The translations under genes and the position numbers were made by a program. The notes below the pieces were generated by a model. It was not told the origin of the DNA, searched no databases, and saw only the letters and a program-made list of their open reading frames with translations. A stretch of DNA of 57,660 bases, filler included, from Sphacelaria rigidula (lineage: Eukaryota), in NCBI GenBank assembly GCA_964200075.2. It is 6 parts of 6 records of this genome, joined end to end, with 100 filler letters (N's around TTAATTAATTAA, not from the genome) between each part and the next. Parts side by side here need not be neighbours in the genome. Positions count along the whole stretch, not along the records: positions 9,628 to 19,154 come from CAXNAA020008292.1; positions 19,255 to 28,781 come from CAXNAA020008293.1; 4 more parts are not named here. The stretch is one strand, 5' to 3'. Below, one piece after another: positions 13,251 to 26,547 of the stretch (its first letter is position 1; each line of letters begins with the position of its first letter).

Positions 13251-16200
13251 TCAAGCGACAAAGGCGCACATTTAACCCTGGCAGTCCAATCAAGCGATCA
13301 AAACCCTTCAAACGCACTGGTCCTGTATTCCGAGATATTTGTCTGCCGACAGTACCGCGAGTTTTGAAGAGAACAGTTAATTTTGTACGACATGGGCGCT
13401 TAACGGTATTATCGACGGGTCTAGTTTCCCCGAGGTCTCCGAATTCTTCGGAAAAAAAGACTTGTCCCAAAAATGTGACGGCAGATTTCTTGAAAAGGTC
13501 AGGAAATAAGTCAACCCAAGACTGAACACAGATTTCTGCGAAAACGTGGCATCGGAGCATTTCTTCAGCAATTTTTTCTCGGCATAGGTCTGAAAAAAAA
13601 ACTAAAACAAATCTTGGGTTGATGGGACCCGTCAGTAGAAGTGATGCTAGAAAAATTGACATGCAGCAGCATTTTGCCATGGTTGGGCGAGACGGGAGCA
13701 CCTTTTCGCCCTCCGTGTATCACCCAGCTGGGAGTACTGCCGCGTTCAAGAGTTTTAGGGCGACGGATATCCCGTCACACCTTTGCTAAACACCAAGTGG
13801 GTCGGTGAGGGAACGACAGGCATTTGAGATGATGCAGCGACTTTATGATGATATGACAACGCCGCTGCCCGCGGTGTATGCACGAATATCGACACCTCTT
13901 GACCTCACCACCAGCCGATGAAATGAAGGTGTTTTCACAAAGTGGTCCTGTGCCAATAACGATCAGTCGTTAGTGTAACTTAACCCGACCCTGGAACTAC
14001 TTTCAGAGTGCAGCGTGCAGAACATGAAACTCCTCGGGCACAGAGGGGGGGGTATGGTCCACACTAGAGACGCCCATAGCAGTGCTCACAAAATAGGTTG
14101 ACGGAAACATGATCCAACTATGACTTTATGTCATGTTCGCATGGTTTTCTTCGTCCTAAGCCAGTTCTGGCAAGTCCCGAGGTTCGATTCTTCCCGTCAT
14201 CGCCCTTGGCCGACTTCTGCGGTGACGAAAATATAGTGCATACCGTGGTGATCCGGTGGAAACGCGCTAGGCCAGACTAAGCACAATAAAAACCTACATG
14301 GTAACAGCATTGATTGCAGGGATGACAACCCTGTGGCGGAACGGGAGCTTGATTCATGGGCTCAAATGACAACTTCAACGTACACCGGGATTAACTTCCA
14401 TCAAGACGCCGCAATTACCCCCTGAGCCATTAACTCAGCGCTGACCGAGTGAGCGACCAAGTGGTTGTGATAACGTCTCAACAGGATGTACGTGCTCCCG
14501 ATGTCGACCATGCTCCTGGCGCCCTGCAGCGAATATCGCTGACGGGCGACGTGTATATACACGGTAACGGCTTTTCTCACGTACGTAATGTTATTTTCTC
14601 GTCACAGACAGCACATACAGGTACTGCTTCCAAACCATTAGTGGACTATGAAAAAAATCAGCGTTCTTCTGTGATTAATTCTTCTTGCGGTTATCTTACC
14701 GCGGTTCATTGTCGGATGTCGAGCTTAAACGCAGTTTCGCGCGAGCTTGCAAAATCCGGCATCATAGTGAACCGCACCGCGGTATCGTATAATCATGCTT
14801 CTGTTACAGTGGAATACTGCACCTGCACGAGGATTCGATGCTACCGGATCGCCATAGGTGCCGTGAACTACAAATACCGTGCTGGACATATGTCGCTCAC
14901 AGGATCGGCAAATTGTGGTTGAGAGGCGTACGTGGTGTCCTTGCGATGCTACGGACGAAATGTCAAATATTCACGAAAGTGTCGTTAACTGACTCGCAAT
15001 GTTTTCTTTTTATCGTGTCCTTGCGATTCTCCATACATGCCATTTTTCGAAGAGATCTCCAAACTGAGGTTATAAGCTCAGATTTAGTCAGAGCCGCGAG
15101 CCGGACCAGTTAATATTATCGCAGTCTAGACTGGAACTGGCGATGAGGGCGCCGGTTATCCAGTTCATGTGAATTTTGCTGTTACCAGCTATAATTTTTT
15201 GTACCAATTTTACCATACAAATGGACTCTACACTCTACAGCAGAACAAGTTGTACCAACTTTCCAACTTCACACCCCATGACGCTCGTAGTTTTCCATCT
15301 TTCGACCATAGCGCGTAGGTCGACGGTTGGTCAGTCGAATGAGGAAAAATAAAGACAAAATAAGAAGCATGACTAATGATATACGGTGGGAAGCTTGATG
15401 CAGAACTGCCAGACGTCAAACCCCACTTTCAAATAATTGCCAACTACATTCGAGGTGAAAACAGCCTTGTGAACTTGATGCATCACATCCTCACGACACC
15501 TCAGAGTGATCGAGCGGATATATGCCGAGGTTTGTCGTTTCCTCGCACGACGTCCAAAAGAGAAAACAGCAAATAAAAGAAATACAAGATACATCATCGG
15601 CTTACTTTGAAACTCGTTCGCGTTGTTCGGCCAGGACATGGAGAATCTTGCACTTTCATCCCCACGTGATGCCAGCCTTGGAGTGTTTGTTGTTATCATC
15701 CCTCTTTCATGGAAAGGTTCAGCGGCTGCGTACTACAGGTGGGTGGTTTACGAATCGCTCACCACCGTGCTGCATGAGATTTTTTTAATGATACCCAAGC
15801 CTCTAGCGATTTTAGGGGTGCACTTTCAAGTCCCAAAAGTTTTCTGAGGCTGCACACTCAGGCCCAGATATTTGTCGACGAGAGGCTCCTACAACAAAGA
15901 GCCTCAAAACAAAAAAAGTGCACCCTACCATGCGGTATTGCTCCGATAACCCCTTCATGTGAGGGTTCACATTTTTGACAATCTCCATATCTTCTCTGGG
16001 GAAAACACGCCAAATGCCGCAATTTTCCTTGTTGCCCCCCTCACCAGCAGGGGGGAACGTTAGAGCTCGCGACTTCGCCGCTCGCCGTCGACGTTTCGTC
16101 AGTGTCAAGTTCAAACTTGACTGTTCAGAGTTGCCAGCTCACAGCCGTAGATTTAGTGCATTATATTCAATATCTTGAATTAGTACGAGCTGGGCCAGGC

Positions 16201-16734
16201 CTAGAAGCAAATCAGTAGGTTGCAGGTCGATTCTGACCCCAATTTTGAGAGTTGGCCTTTCAAAATTTGCAAGTGCAAAAATGTGGTATGAAGGATGAAC
16301 CAGGGCATAATAATGATGATTTTACTTCGGGACACGAAATATTTTTTCTCGTGACTTACCAGACTTTCAACTGAAAACTGGATCTTAATATTGTCAAACA
16401 GTCAAGAAAACTCTTCATCCCCTAGAGTAGTGTTTTTTTAATATGCCCTGTTCATTCTTCGTACCAACTTTGAAAGTCCAACTAACTCTCAAAATTGAAG
16501 CCAAAATGGGCGTTTGAAACCCTGGCCGCTCGAAATTTTGGGTAGGAAATCGCCAGGGCATAATGAGGAAAATGGGACAGATTTGCAAAACATTTTTTCA
16601 TGGGCTAGGGATGCTCCCTATAGAGCAAACGAAAAAAAGGTCCAATGAAATTTTTTTTTCGGTCCTTCGTCATTTCACGTCCTGAAAGAGAGCTATAGAC
16701 GGAGTTTGACACCCTGGAGTGAAGAACTCTATTC

Positions 16735-16945
16735 GTTGACACGGTTTCCGGACATCTTCGCGTTCTCCGGTGGCCGCGGTTTCTATTTTGGCCAAACCTG
16801 CACTCTTGTTCAAGAACGGTCAAATGTAGAAAAATCTGACATTTTCCTCGGGACCTGATCGTCCCTGGACAAAAATGCAACTTTGGCCAAGAGAAAAACT
16901 GCGGCCACCGGAAAACTCGAAGATGTCCTGGAACCACCTCAACAA
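16735..16945. repeat. Imperfect foldback (~95-bp arms)
   Basis: ggacatcttcgcgttctccggtggccgcggtttct pairs with aactgcggccaccggaaaactcgaagatgtcc. Confidence 0.7.
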
Positions 16946-17365
16946 GTACCCTTCGCGAGCTCATCGGCTCGGCCCCCAACTTGAACACTGACAAGAGACA
17001 CTCAACAAGTTCAAGGTCGTGGAGCGCAGTTTATCGCACCGGCGGTCGGGCTGGTCACTAAATGTCCACAAGAGTCTTTCGACGATAGCCCCCACCCGAA
17101 AGGTGTCAAACTCCGCCTAGCTCTCTTCCAAGGCGTAAAACGACAAGAACAGGCCAAAAAACATTTCAGGACTCTTTTTTTGTTCGCCATAGTAGAGGCA
17201 ACGACCCAAGGACACATTTAGTAAAGACTACTTTCACGCGGGAACGCCGTTGAACTCACGAATGAAATAAAAAAATGAAGTCCGCCCCTAATCTACATCT
17301 CGACAAAGACATACACAATAAACTGGTCATCCGCTCATCATGTTCCAAGGAGGGCTTGTGAGTAG

Positions 17366-17747
17366 CACACGCGGCCATTCGGTAACCCCCGGAAAATACT
17401 CTGTTCCGGTCAACTTTTCGAGCCTCTAGAGGAATTAGACGTCTGCAGAGGGTGCGCGGCCCTGCAGAGGGGTGGGATCAAACGCCTCTAGAGGCTTGTT
17501 TTGCCTCTGGAGGGCCGCGCATCCTTCCCGAGAAATTTGGAGGATGCGCGGCCCTCCAGAGCATCATCCTTTCTGTTACTCTCGAGAGGGATTCAGACCT
17601 CAGAAGTCACTGGAGCATCAGATTGCCTCCAGAGGATTCGTGTATGAGTGCACCTGGGGATGAAATACCCCTAGAGGGTATTTTACTCTCGAGAGGATGG
17701 AACTCGCGATAGAGGATTTTTAGGAGGTAGCCGAGTGGCCGCGTGTG
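17366..17747. mobile_element. CACTA/CMC-like MITE filled with CCTCTAGAGG-type palindromic motifs
   Basis: TIR cacacgcggccattcgg / ccgagtggccgcgtgtg, 2-bp flanking ag/ag, about a dozen ctc(t/c/g)(a/g)gag motifs. Confidence 0.7.
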
Positions 17748-19154
17748 AGACCCGAGGCTTTGGTCGTATATATACGATTGACAACATGGCAACTTGATTT
17801 TGGACTCGAGGTTCTGAGAACAAATATGGTTTGGGGCAGGTGTATGCCGGGACGCACCACACAGCATATCTCTTTTTCAGGGAGCGAACAGTTTACCATT
17901 GAGCCAGTGAGCGATCACTGGTTAAATGGCAAACTGTTCGCCTCCCGAACAATCTAGTATCCAGACATCTTCGTACTAGTACGTCACGGGATTTCCTCGA
18001 CGCGGTGTTTCATAAACGAGAGAGCATCTGATCAGTTTTTTTATTAGATGGGCCTGCCTCTTGATAACATGATCAACACGACGTATGTGCGGATCATGGC
18101 CCGATCAATTCATCTGCCGTGTCTATGAGATATATGACTGAAAGTTAAATTCCTAGGGCTGTGAACTGGACCAGTTTGTACTGGCAGTTAAACTGAAACT
18201 GGAGTATAACTGGAACTGATGAGGTCTCCAGTTTATTTGTGTGGAGAGAAACTCCAGGGTCGAGAGGAAAAGTACCTCGAGAGGGCACCGGGACCGGTGC
18301 CGTCACGAGTTGGAGTTTGACTATTACTCCGGGAACGGGAAGACAGTGGCCCGGTTGGAACAGACTAGTATTCCTACGAACGTTCCCGGAACGATGCCGG
18401 AGATATGAACGTTCCTAGGACGGAGCGGTAGTTGTAGACACGTGGAAGACTTGTGGACTACCCTGGTACTCAAACTTACATGATGACAAACAAAATGACA
18501 CTAGGATTGGGGTCTGCACCTGACAACTGTACAGGTACAGACAGTGCAACAGTACAGTAGTACTCGTGGTCACTACGGGTACACCTCGAAGTGATATTGC
18601 GGATAGATGCCAAGTTTGTCGTTTCATAGCACGACATCTAGAATCGGAAATAGCAAACAGAAGGTAATCCGCCACCACAAAATACAGAGTTCACTATGGC
18701 TTGCATTTCAACTGCATGCGTGCTCGTGGGTCGAGACGTGAATCATTTTGCGCCCTTATCTCCGCGTGATGCAAGCCTTGGCTCGTTTGCATCTTCCTAT
18801 CCTCACGGAGAGTCTGCTGTCGCATATTACACGTGAATGGTTTCCGAATCGCTCACCGCTTGAGAAGGGATATGAATGCCATCCGAGAGTGCCCAAAACA
18901 ACAATCCGAAACCTTATGCCCCTTTTAGAATCCTAGAGTTTTTTGGGGGGGTGTGGGGGTTACTGAATCCCATACATGAAAATGAAAAAAATGAGACACG
19001 AAATGAGAAATAAATAAATAAGTTGAAAATAATATGGAAATTTAAAACTCGTGGTATTCAGGCTTTAATTCTGCGCATACCTTCGAACAGCCAATCATCT
19101 ATGTTGAGGATGGTGCTTTTGATTGAGGATGAGAACCCGGAGGATTAAAATCTT

Positions 19155-19254
19155 NNNNNNNNNNNNNNNNNNNNNNNNNNNNNNNNNNNNNNNNNNNNTT
19201 AATTAATTAANNNNNNNNNNNNNNNNNNNNNNNNNNNNNNNNNNNNNNNNNNNN
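19155..19254. other. Artificial contig linker
   Basis: Same 100-nt linker. Confidence 0.97.
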
Positions 19255-19510
19255 GGACCTTATCCACCTTCGACAAGGTCCGCGGGTTGGGTAGACAACT
19301 GAGGAGCATTCGCACAGCATGGACAGGATCGAAACAAAACATGTCCCAGTCTATAGGCGGGTGACTCCCCTGTGGACTGGAACATGCTTTGTTTCGATCC
19401 TGTCCATGCTGTGCGAATGCTCTTCAGTTGTCTACCCAACCCGCGGACCTTGCCAAAGGTGGATAAGGTCCCAAAATGGCCAGGTTACAGACCCCAGTGC
19501 CTACCCGTGT
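19255..19510. mobile_element. Near-perfect palindromic MITE/hairpin (~103-bp arms, left end cut by contig edge); related arm at ~47831-47960
   Basis: 19255-19357 is the reverse complement of ~19369-19471 with few mismatches. Confidence 0.85.
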
Positions 19511-21699
19511 TTCGTGGTGAAATACTTTTTTTGGCCCAAAATCGTGGTTTCGCACATACCCTTCGGGGGAACGGAAGGCTAGAAATCCCCCGAAATAGTT
19601 CTAGGGAGGTCGGAAGGATATGGTGGTCAATATGAAGGTCACTTATCGTGGACTTAGGTCAGGGAAAGCACGGCCTTCGAGTTGAACCTTATTTTCTTCA
19701 ACTCCGAATCCTGAAGCTGAAATTCGTTGAGCGCGTCTCGGTTGTAGTTAGAAGAGCGCTGGGATGATTTTTTCGCGCAGCGCGGCCTTGAACCAGTTCG
19801 GGAAAAAAAAGTACGTGATTTAGGGTTTAGTAATGACGCCCGTATGGACAGGACAGGACACTTTTCGAATTTCGAATCAGTAATAGCCATTTCAGCCCGA
19901 AGTGCCTCCGAGTAACTGAAACGGACATAATCGTCCCCAGACTTGGGTACTTCAGGAATACACTTGCAGTGATTTCTTCGTCGTGTGTTCCAAGTTGCAT
20001 AGATGTGCGCAGAATGAGGTAAAACCATACCAACGTCCAGTAAATTGGCGTTTTCTCCTGCTTCCTTGCAGTTAGCCGAACTCCCCCCAGAGAACTCAGA
20101 GTCCGAAAATCAAGTCTACTGGTCATCATTGCGACGAACACGAGCAGTATGGGCAAATTCGTGTTCACCCAGACTGATGCGGCCAAAACAAAAGCTCTGT
20201 TACTGCCGCTGACATCAACCTGACGCAGTTTGTTCCAAGTCACCGGCGCGCGGAGGTGAGCGAACCCGCCACCTTGTGTGCCGCGGTCCGCGAATAGTCA
20301 GCAAATGCTGTGAAAAGTGGAACGTTAATGAAATTGTCATACCGGGGGCAAGGCGAACGGACGGATCGATGTTTCGGTCGCCTTTGGTCCAGGGACGGTC
20401 TTATGCCACTGCTGCAGAAACCCGAGCAATGCATGCGGCGTCAAGTATCCCACGTATCCATGCGACAGTAGCGCTTTAATGGGCCCCTAAAACTGATGAG
20501 ACGACCGACAAAGAAGGGTCTCGACGCCACCCGAAGAGCCACGAGAAAATTGACGTGAACCTCCCCTCGATTTTCGGACAAATTGCGACACCCTCTCCAT
20601 CGCTATCTTCACCCCACGTGGGTATCGGCCGAGTGGCGCGCTACACTACAAGTGAAAAAAAAGCCATACTGTTATGGGACCCAACCTTGATAAAAGACTG
20701 CGATAGCGTCGGAAGTCTGCGATGAAACGAAATCAATCCTGTTGATCCCGCCATCTGTCAAGCCCGTGCTCGCGCCAACCCAAGAACCGGACAACTTCGT
20801 AAAAAGTTCTCTTTTTTTTTGGTACACAACAACCGCCATCCGGTTCAACTGTCCGCAGGTCAGCGGGAACGGAAGGGGGTGCACGCCGACAACGAGCAGC
20901 ACTGTTGCTTTGACTAGGATCATGTTCGAAGCTTCGCATTCGAAACAAAGGGAAACAAAAGGGTACTTGGCGGAGAAAACTTGGAACCTGCCGCACTACT
21001 CTGTACAAATGAAGAGTGAAGAAAAAAAAGTGGACGCGCCTTCCAGGCTTCGGCGTATTTTTGCGCCCAATAAACAAAGATCTCGCTCTTCGGGACTATT
21101 TGTCGCGGGCGCTGGGAACACACGTCCCCAACTACGTGAACATTTCCGCCATACTACACCGGATTCAACTAAAAAACACGAAACCTCAATCCACGCACTT
21201 GCCTACTGTCCGTGCCCTCTCCGCCTTACTTGATAATGTTTTCCACCATCTTGTCTGCACCTCGCACCACGATTTTTGCCTAGCCATATCATACCCACAG
21301 CATAGTAATCACTTGCGGGAAACCATCATTTGGACCCAACTTTTCCACCGTCAACCACTCACTTGTTGGGCAGGGTTCAACAGCGCCCAGTTTGTCCAAA
21401 CGGACGAGCCTAAGCCATGGTCCACAAGCTGGAATCCGTTGACATGACTCTAGGTACCATCCGAAAAGGGGTCACTCTACACGCGCATGTGTAACACAAC
21501 ACGCCCCAAGACGTGCACTCTTTCATCCGGGTATCGCATATGTAACCACAACAACACGGACGCCTATCGATTGGACTGAAGCCATGGACAATACTTTGGA
21601 CAAAAAAACGCCTGAATAAAAATAGTGAAACATGAGATGTACAAGCAGAAAAAAAACTTAAATGCGATTGCAGCATGACCGATACTTGATGGAAAATAT

Positions 21700-21777
21700 C
21701 TAGGCGTAAGCCTCAGTCTGGTCTTGCGGATCGAAGCCTCCGTCTTGTCCGTAGCTGCCTCCTGCCGCCGGGTCCTC
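21700..21777 (-). CDS. Terminal exon of MARVEL-like protein (EDPAAGGSYGQDGGFDPQDQTEAYA*)
   Basis: aatag acceptor, phase 0, 25 codons plus TAG; acidic G/Y/Q cytoplasmic tail. Confidence 0.75.
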   Translation of the reverse strand, partial: EDPAAGGSYGQDGGFDPQDQTEAYA

Positions 21778-22538
21778 CTATTCCCCATGAAGAAAAAATC
21801 GAACCATGCCCCCCAGAGAAACGGTAAAGACATGAAAGCAAAGCAACGCGAACACACAAGAATTGGGATTGTCAAGTCGTACGGAAAAAATGGGGGGGAA
21901 AATATTAAGCTCGTCTAATACCGCGCGGGATGTACGCTGCTGCCGTGTGTACAACTACCGACCCCAAAGGTCATCTCGGAGAAGCAATGACACCGAGAGG
22001 ACCTCAAGCTTTGGTCAAGAATATATGGTTGACCTTTTTCAAACTAGCCCTAACCCAACCCCAACCCAAGGCATACGAGAACCCTCGCGCAAGGGAGGTG
22101 CAAAGGTTACCCTTGGAAGAGTATGCGTCGGCAGACCTCAAGTTGGACAAAAACACATTTTGAGCAAGCCAGCAGCACGCGGCCCCTCAATATTCGAACA
22201 TCGGTGTTCACTCAAAAATCAAGCAGTCACTTCATCAACTCTGAATTTTCCACCAAAGATCAGGCTCTACTGCTGGTATCGGGCGTCATCTCCAAGTACC
22301 AGTAGCACTGGATGTTCCAGCTTAGCGTACCAACAAAGATTTTTGTGACGACTGAATGTGGGTCTGCATACTGGCCTGTAGGTAATACCCCACTGGCAGA
22401 TGCCATGTCTACAGTGTACCCATCTTTTTTTTACATTCGGAGCAACAAATAGCTCGGATCTTCGTTCAGAGAAGTCACAAAAAACAGAACACCAACAAAA
22501 CGATAGAAGCAACAAGCCTAAGAAACAGACGGACTCAC

Positions 22539-22684
22539 CTTCATGGCGTTTACGGCGCGGTCGGCGAAATCCCTGACCTTGTCACTCGTGGTGTAGGCGT
22601 ACTTAAGAGAGGCATAGAACGCGATCCATGCCGAGAAGTAGCCGTTTCCGGCGGTAGTGAACGGACCCTCGAAGGTTCCGATAG
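22539..22684 (-). CDS. Exon of MARVEL-like membrane protein (AIGTFEGPFTTAGNGYFSAWIAFYASLKYAY...AMK)
   Basis: aacag acceptor, phase 1 start matches previous exon, AAG|gtgagt donor; TFxGPF..GNGYFxxW motif resembles stramenopile tetraspan proteins. Confidence 0.85.
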
Positions 22685-22789
22685 CTGTTTGTAGCGACAA
22701 AGACGATACGGCAACAACGAGAAAAAAAAAGGACAAGAAAGCGGGAAAGTTAAAATCTTGATTTGTCTCATATCCAACTCTTGCCGGAA

Positions 22790-23240
22790 TCAGTCATGCG
22801 AGTCGTGCACGTTTTGGGCTCGTGATTCGTGCGACACGACATGAAACGTACATATTCCCGCGCGTTTTTCGTGCGTTACAACGTCGAACGTACCTTTTTC
22901 TCATCTGTGATCCATATGGCGCGCGCTACAGGTACGTGTTTCTCACCTGTGATTCTTGCGCAATTGATCAGAAGTACATTTTCTCCGGCTTTTACTCGCG
23001 CTGCATGAATCACCAAGTACATGTTTCTCAAAGTTTTTTCATGCGACATGAATCACATACATGTTCTCCACTATGTGCAGGATGAATCATACGCACAATT
23101 TCGAACTTGCCATTTTCATGCAGGGTAAATCAAGAATCATACGTCCATGTTTCCCACGTTGCATTCATCGGCGTGAAGCAAACTAATATTTTTTCGCACT
23201 CACCATTCGTGCGACATGAATCAAACGCATATTATGCCGG
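22790..23240 (+). repeat. Degenerate ~40-bp minisatellite (atgaatca...acatgttctc...); second block ~24070-24385
   Basis: Recurring atgaatca / gcgacatgaa / catgtttctc motifs at ~40-nt spacing. Confidence 0.6.
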
Positions 23241-23854
23241 CCACCATTTTATACGTCAGGACCCTTTACTTCGGTGCCTATTCCACAACTGTCGTTCACG
23301 AGGCAAGACTCTTTGGCCAACCCTCAGACGGCAAGCTCAAGTCATGTGTTGAATCCACCTCATTATGACTTGAAAAAATAGTGCAAGATCCACATGGACT
23401 ACCCTCGCGGCCAAGGGAATGATTTTTCGCACCGTCGGTTCGTGCGACACGACTTCCGCTGATAACGACAAACCCAACCTGTGGCTCATCGTGCACATAT
23501 ATACATGTCATATATACATATTATTTACATCGTTATATTTGTCTGCAAAGAACGGGCCCTAGCGACGATTCAGGACTCATGAATAAAATCAACCTTTCGA
23601 CCGCTAGGGTAGGCCATCTGTTGAACTAGCGTCATATTCATTTGAAAATGAAGGCAAAACCAAGATGACCCACGCTGGCCGTCACGGGGTGACCCTCTTA
23701 CACCGCCAGGGTAAGTCATCTGGATCTTCCGTTCATTTTTGGGGGAAAACGATGCCGAGTTAACGGATGGCCTACCCTGGCAGCCAAAGAATCCACGGGT
23801 CGGACGGATTCATGATTCGTCTCGAAATTTCGTGATCTTAGCGTCGTTGATTCG

Positions 23855-24890
23855 TACCGTATGAATCGATCCTTAGCTTTGTTTTCAGTGTTGCATGCCA
23901 GGTACGCGCAGAGTAGGCACGTGGAATTGTGCAAAAAATGGGTCAAGACCTTCTTGACCAGTGGTCAACTTCCTTCTCTTTTCCGAGCAATCACGCCCAA
24001 ACAATCGGCAGTTTGGTGATGCAAACTGGCGATGACTCGTCCGAACCGTGAAAGAGTTATAGAGAGTAATTCATGAGAAGGGGGCTTTGTTCTCGATACC
24101 CACGATTGATGCAGCATAAATCTCACGTACATTATTTCCACCTGATTCATACGAGATGAATTCAAGCGCACATGTTCTCCAACTTCCATCCATCCGGCAT
24201 GAATCATGAGAACATGCTTCCCATATGCTCTTCGTATGACATATATCATGGAACCATGTTATCATCATCTGCCATTTGTATGGCACGAACCAGGCGTACA
24301 TGTCTCGCACCCAAGATTCGTACTAGATTGAATCATGTGGCATTTTCTCCCCCCGTGATTCATGCAAAACTCCCCGTACATATCTTGACACGTCGGACAG
24401 CCCACGACTTACCTAAAATAAGTGATCGAAGAGGACTGTGAAACACCTCGTCCAAGAACACGAAATGTGTGACGGCGGGGTACGAGAAGTCGAAGCTCAT
24501 GATCCGGATAAGCACCCTAGTAAGGAGTAATATTCAGATAGCTCACGAGCTGTTCGACGTGTGCATATTTCGTGTTCTTTATTCGTGTGACACTCCTCGG
24601 AGCCTACACATTTCCAGTTCGTAATTCGTGTGATACGACCATGGACGTACAACCTTCCAAGAATTAGACGCGTCCGTAAATTACTTGATTCTAGTGTAAT
24701 TGATTTGTACCGTATAAATCAATCCTCAGGCTTTGCTTTAAGCGGTGCATGCCAGGTACGCGCAGCCTAGGCACGTGGGATGACGCAAAAATTGCGTGTA
24801 GACCTTTTTGATCCAACTGTCAACTTTCTCCCCTCTTTCGAGCAATCAGGCCAGAACAATCATGGATTCGGCGATTCGAACCGGTGATAA
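23855..24890 (+). repeat. ~180-bp direct repeat (23855-24035 and 24707-24890)
   Basis: Shared tgcatgccaggtacgcgcag..taggcacgtgg and cgagcaatca cores. Confidence 0.75.
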
Positions 24891-25359
24891 ATGAGAACCA
24901 CACGAGCGGCCTCTTTTCGGAACTTCAACACCGAACTGGTCGTCAACGCCGGGAACTCAGGTCATGGAGCTGAGAAGCCCCTTCCCCTTGCCTGCATCTA
25001 CTGTTTCAATCGGCAACACAGTGTATTTGTTCTACGATCTCCGACCACCGGAACAGGATATGCTCACCGAAACCAGCTGCCTCTCCTGTAGTGGTGGATC
25101 TCGGATTATTGAGGGGGTACGGGGCCAGGGAATTCACTCTACGGAGAATGGCTCTGGCAATGACAAGTAACAGTCAACATCGAAAATCAACGCAACACTT
25201 CGCATTTCTATATTTCACTCACATCATGTACGATACTCGGGGGGTACTCTCGAAGGATCCCAGAAATACCCTTCACTTATCGCCGGGGTCATGGAATTTG
25301 AAATCAAATAAAAATAAACACTGCATGCGTGAGTTGATATTTTCTCATATACGGACAAA

Positions 25360-25690
25360 GCGGTCGCCCGCGTGGCTCATTTGGTAACCTCGGAACTTTT
25401 TGATTGCTGGGTCGTGGGTTCGAACCTCGGTGAAGTCAAACAACGTAGGATTTTTTCCCAGACCACGCTCAACAGTGGAGGTCGAATATCTCGTGGGTAC
25501 ACGGAATTCGTCCTCACGGTCGACGAGGGAAAGAGACCCCTGAACCCCGTAGGAGGAAGGTCATGTACTGAAATAATATAATAATTGAAACTCCTGTGTT
25601 GGTCATACTCCGGTGTGACACCGCCTGATGCGCCCACATATACCGAAAGGTGTTGACTGGCGTCCAGAACAGAGGAGGATGACACACACA
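25360..25690 (+). mobile_element. tRNA-derived SINE copy (antisense in MARVEL-gene intron)
   Basis: A-box tggctcatttgg, B-box ggttcgaacc, same body and AC tail. Confidence 0.85.
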
Positions 25691-25699
25691 TGTACTCAC

Positions 25700-25781
25700 C
25701 AGCTCCCAAGAGCCACCATATCAGGAAGAAGACAGAGATGGGCTTCCGGAATTTGTCCACCAGGTCTCCCTTTCCCTTCAT
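25700..25781 (-). CDS. Exon of MARVEL-like membrane protein (MKGKGDLVDKFRKPISVFFLIWWLLGA)
   Basis: gcgcag acceptor, G|gtgagt donor, 82 nt, phase 0-1. Confidence 0.85.
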
Positions 25782-26547
25782 CTGCGCATGCATTTACATA
25801 GATACATGCGGATATCCAAGGTAAGATGGATGAGGTTCAGTATGAAATGTATGTCATTCATGGGCGACCACGGGTTCGAGAGATCGAGCTGATGTGGCCA
25901 AAATAAAATTCAACAATATCTTCGCCAAACAATCCCACTGAGAAGTAAAATCCTTTCTGGAGCGGTTTTAGGCATTTTTTTCCGTTCATTTTGGCCAAGC
26001 TCCATCACAACATCACTGAACCGAACGTTTGAGACGAACATGTCCCACGTAATAAAAGAGTATTGAGGGTAGCCTTGTTTACCGGCTAATGCAGCTACTG
26101 TTGATTTTGTGCTGAACCTCCTACACCGAGATCTTTGGGCACATGAAAAACACGAGCAACTCTGTAGATTTCCCCCAAGAAAAAGGTCACGTATTGGATG
26201 TATAACTTCACTACGCAAGTACAGACATGGAAGAACGAGAACACTAGAAAATATACCACAATAAAAAGTCATACTCTCTTCATACAAATACTGCTTGCTT
26301 GTGGTGGCCAGCACGGCTACGCAAGTGCTTATTTTCCGCACCATTTTCACGGCCCGCCACCTTTATGCTCTCTCGCTCGCTCAAGCGCTGAGGAATTTGG
26401 TCAAAAGTCGAAACTACGTAAATTTTGTTTCGAAATGGACCCTCGAATGGCAACATTATTCAGTGATTTCGTCCAAGATTATGGATGGGGAGGGGAGGAG
26501 GGGAGGAGCAAGTGACATGACGACGAAGGGCAAACGAGGCGTCTCAC

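Noticed and set aside
12919-13701. 260-aa minus-strand ORF
   Set aside because: Runs through a SINE and another repeat; no protein-like composition or family motif
10503-14424. Candidate further exons of the coiled-coil gene (10503-10568, ~13820-13875, ~14320-14424)
   Set aside because: Different contig beyond the 9528-9627 linker; weak splice signals and no recognisable homology
17420-17720. CRISPR-like array
   Set aside because: Motifs ~10 nt, irregular spacing, no cas genes, eukaryotic context, bounded by TIRs
19654-22348. Overlapping 100-160-aa ORFs at 19654-20243, 20742-21447 and 21863-22348
   Set aside because: No recognisable motifs or consistent splice structure; probably 3' UTR, intron or decayed repeat
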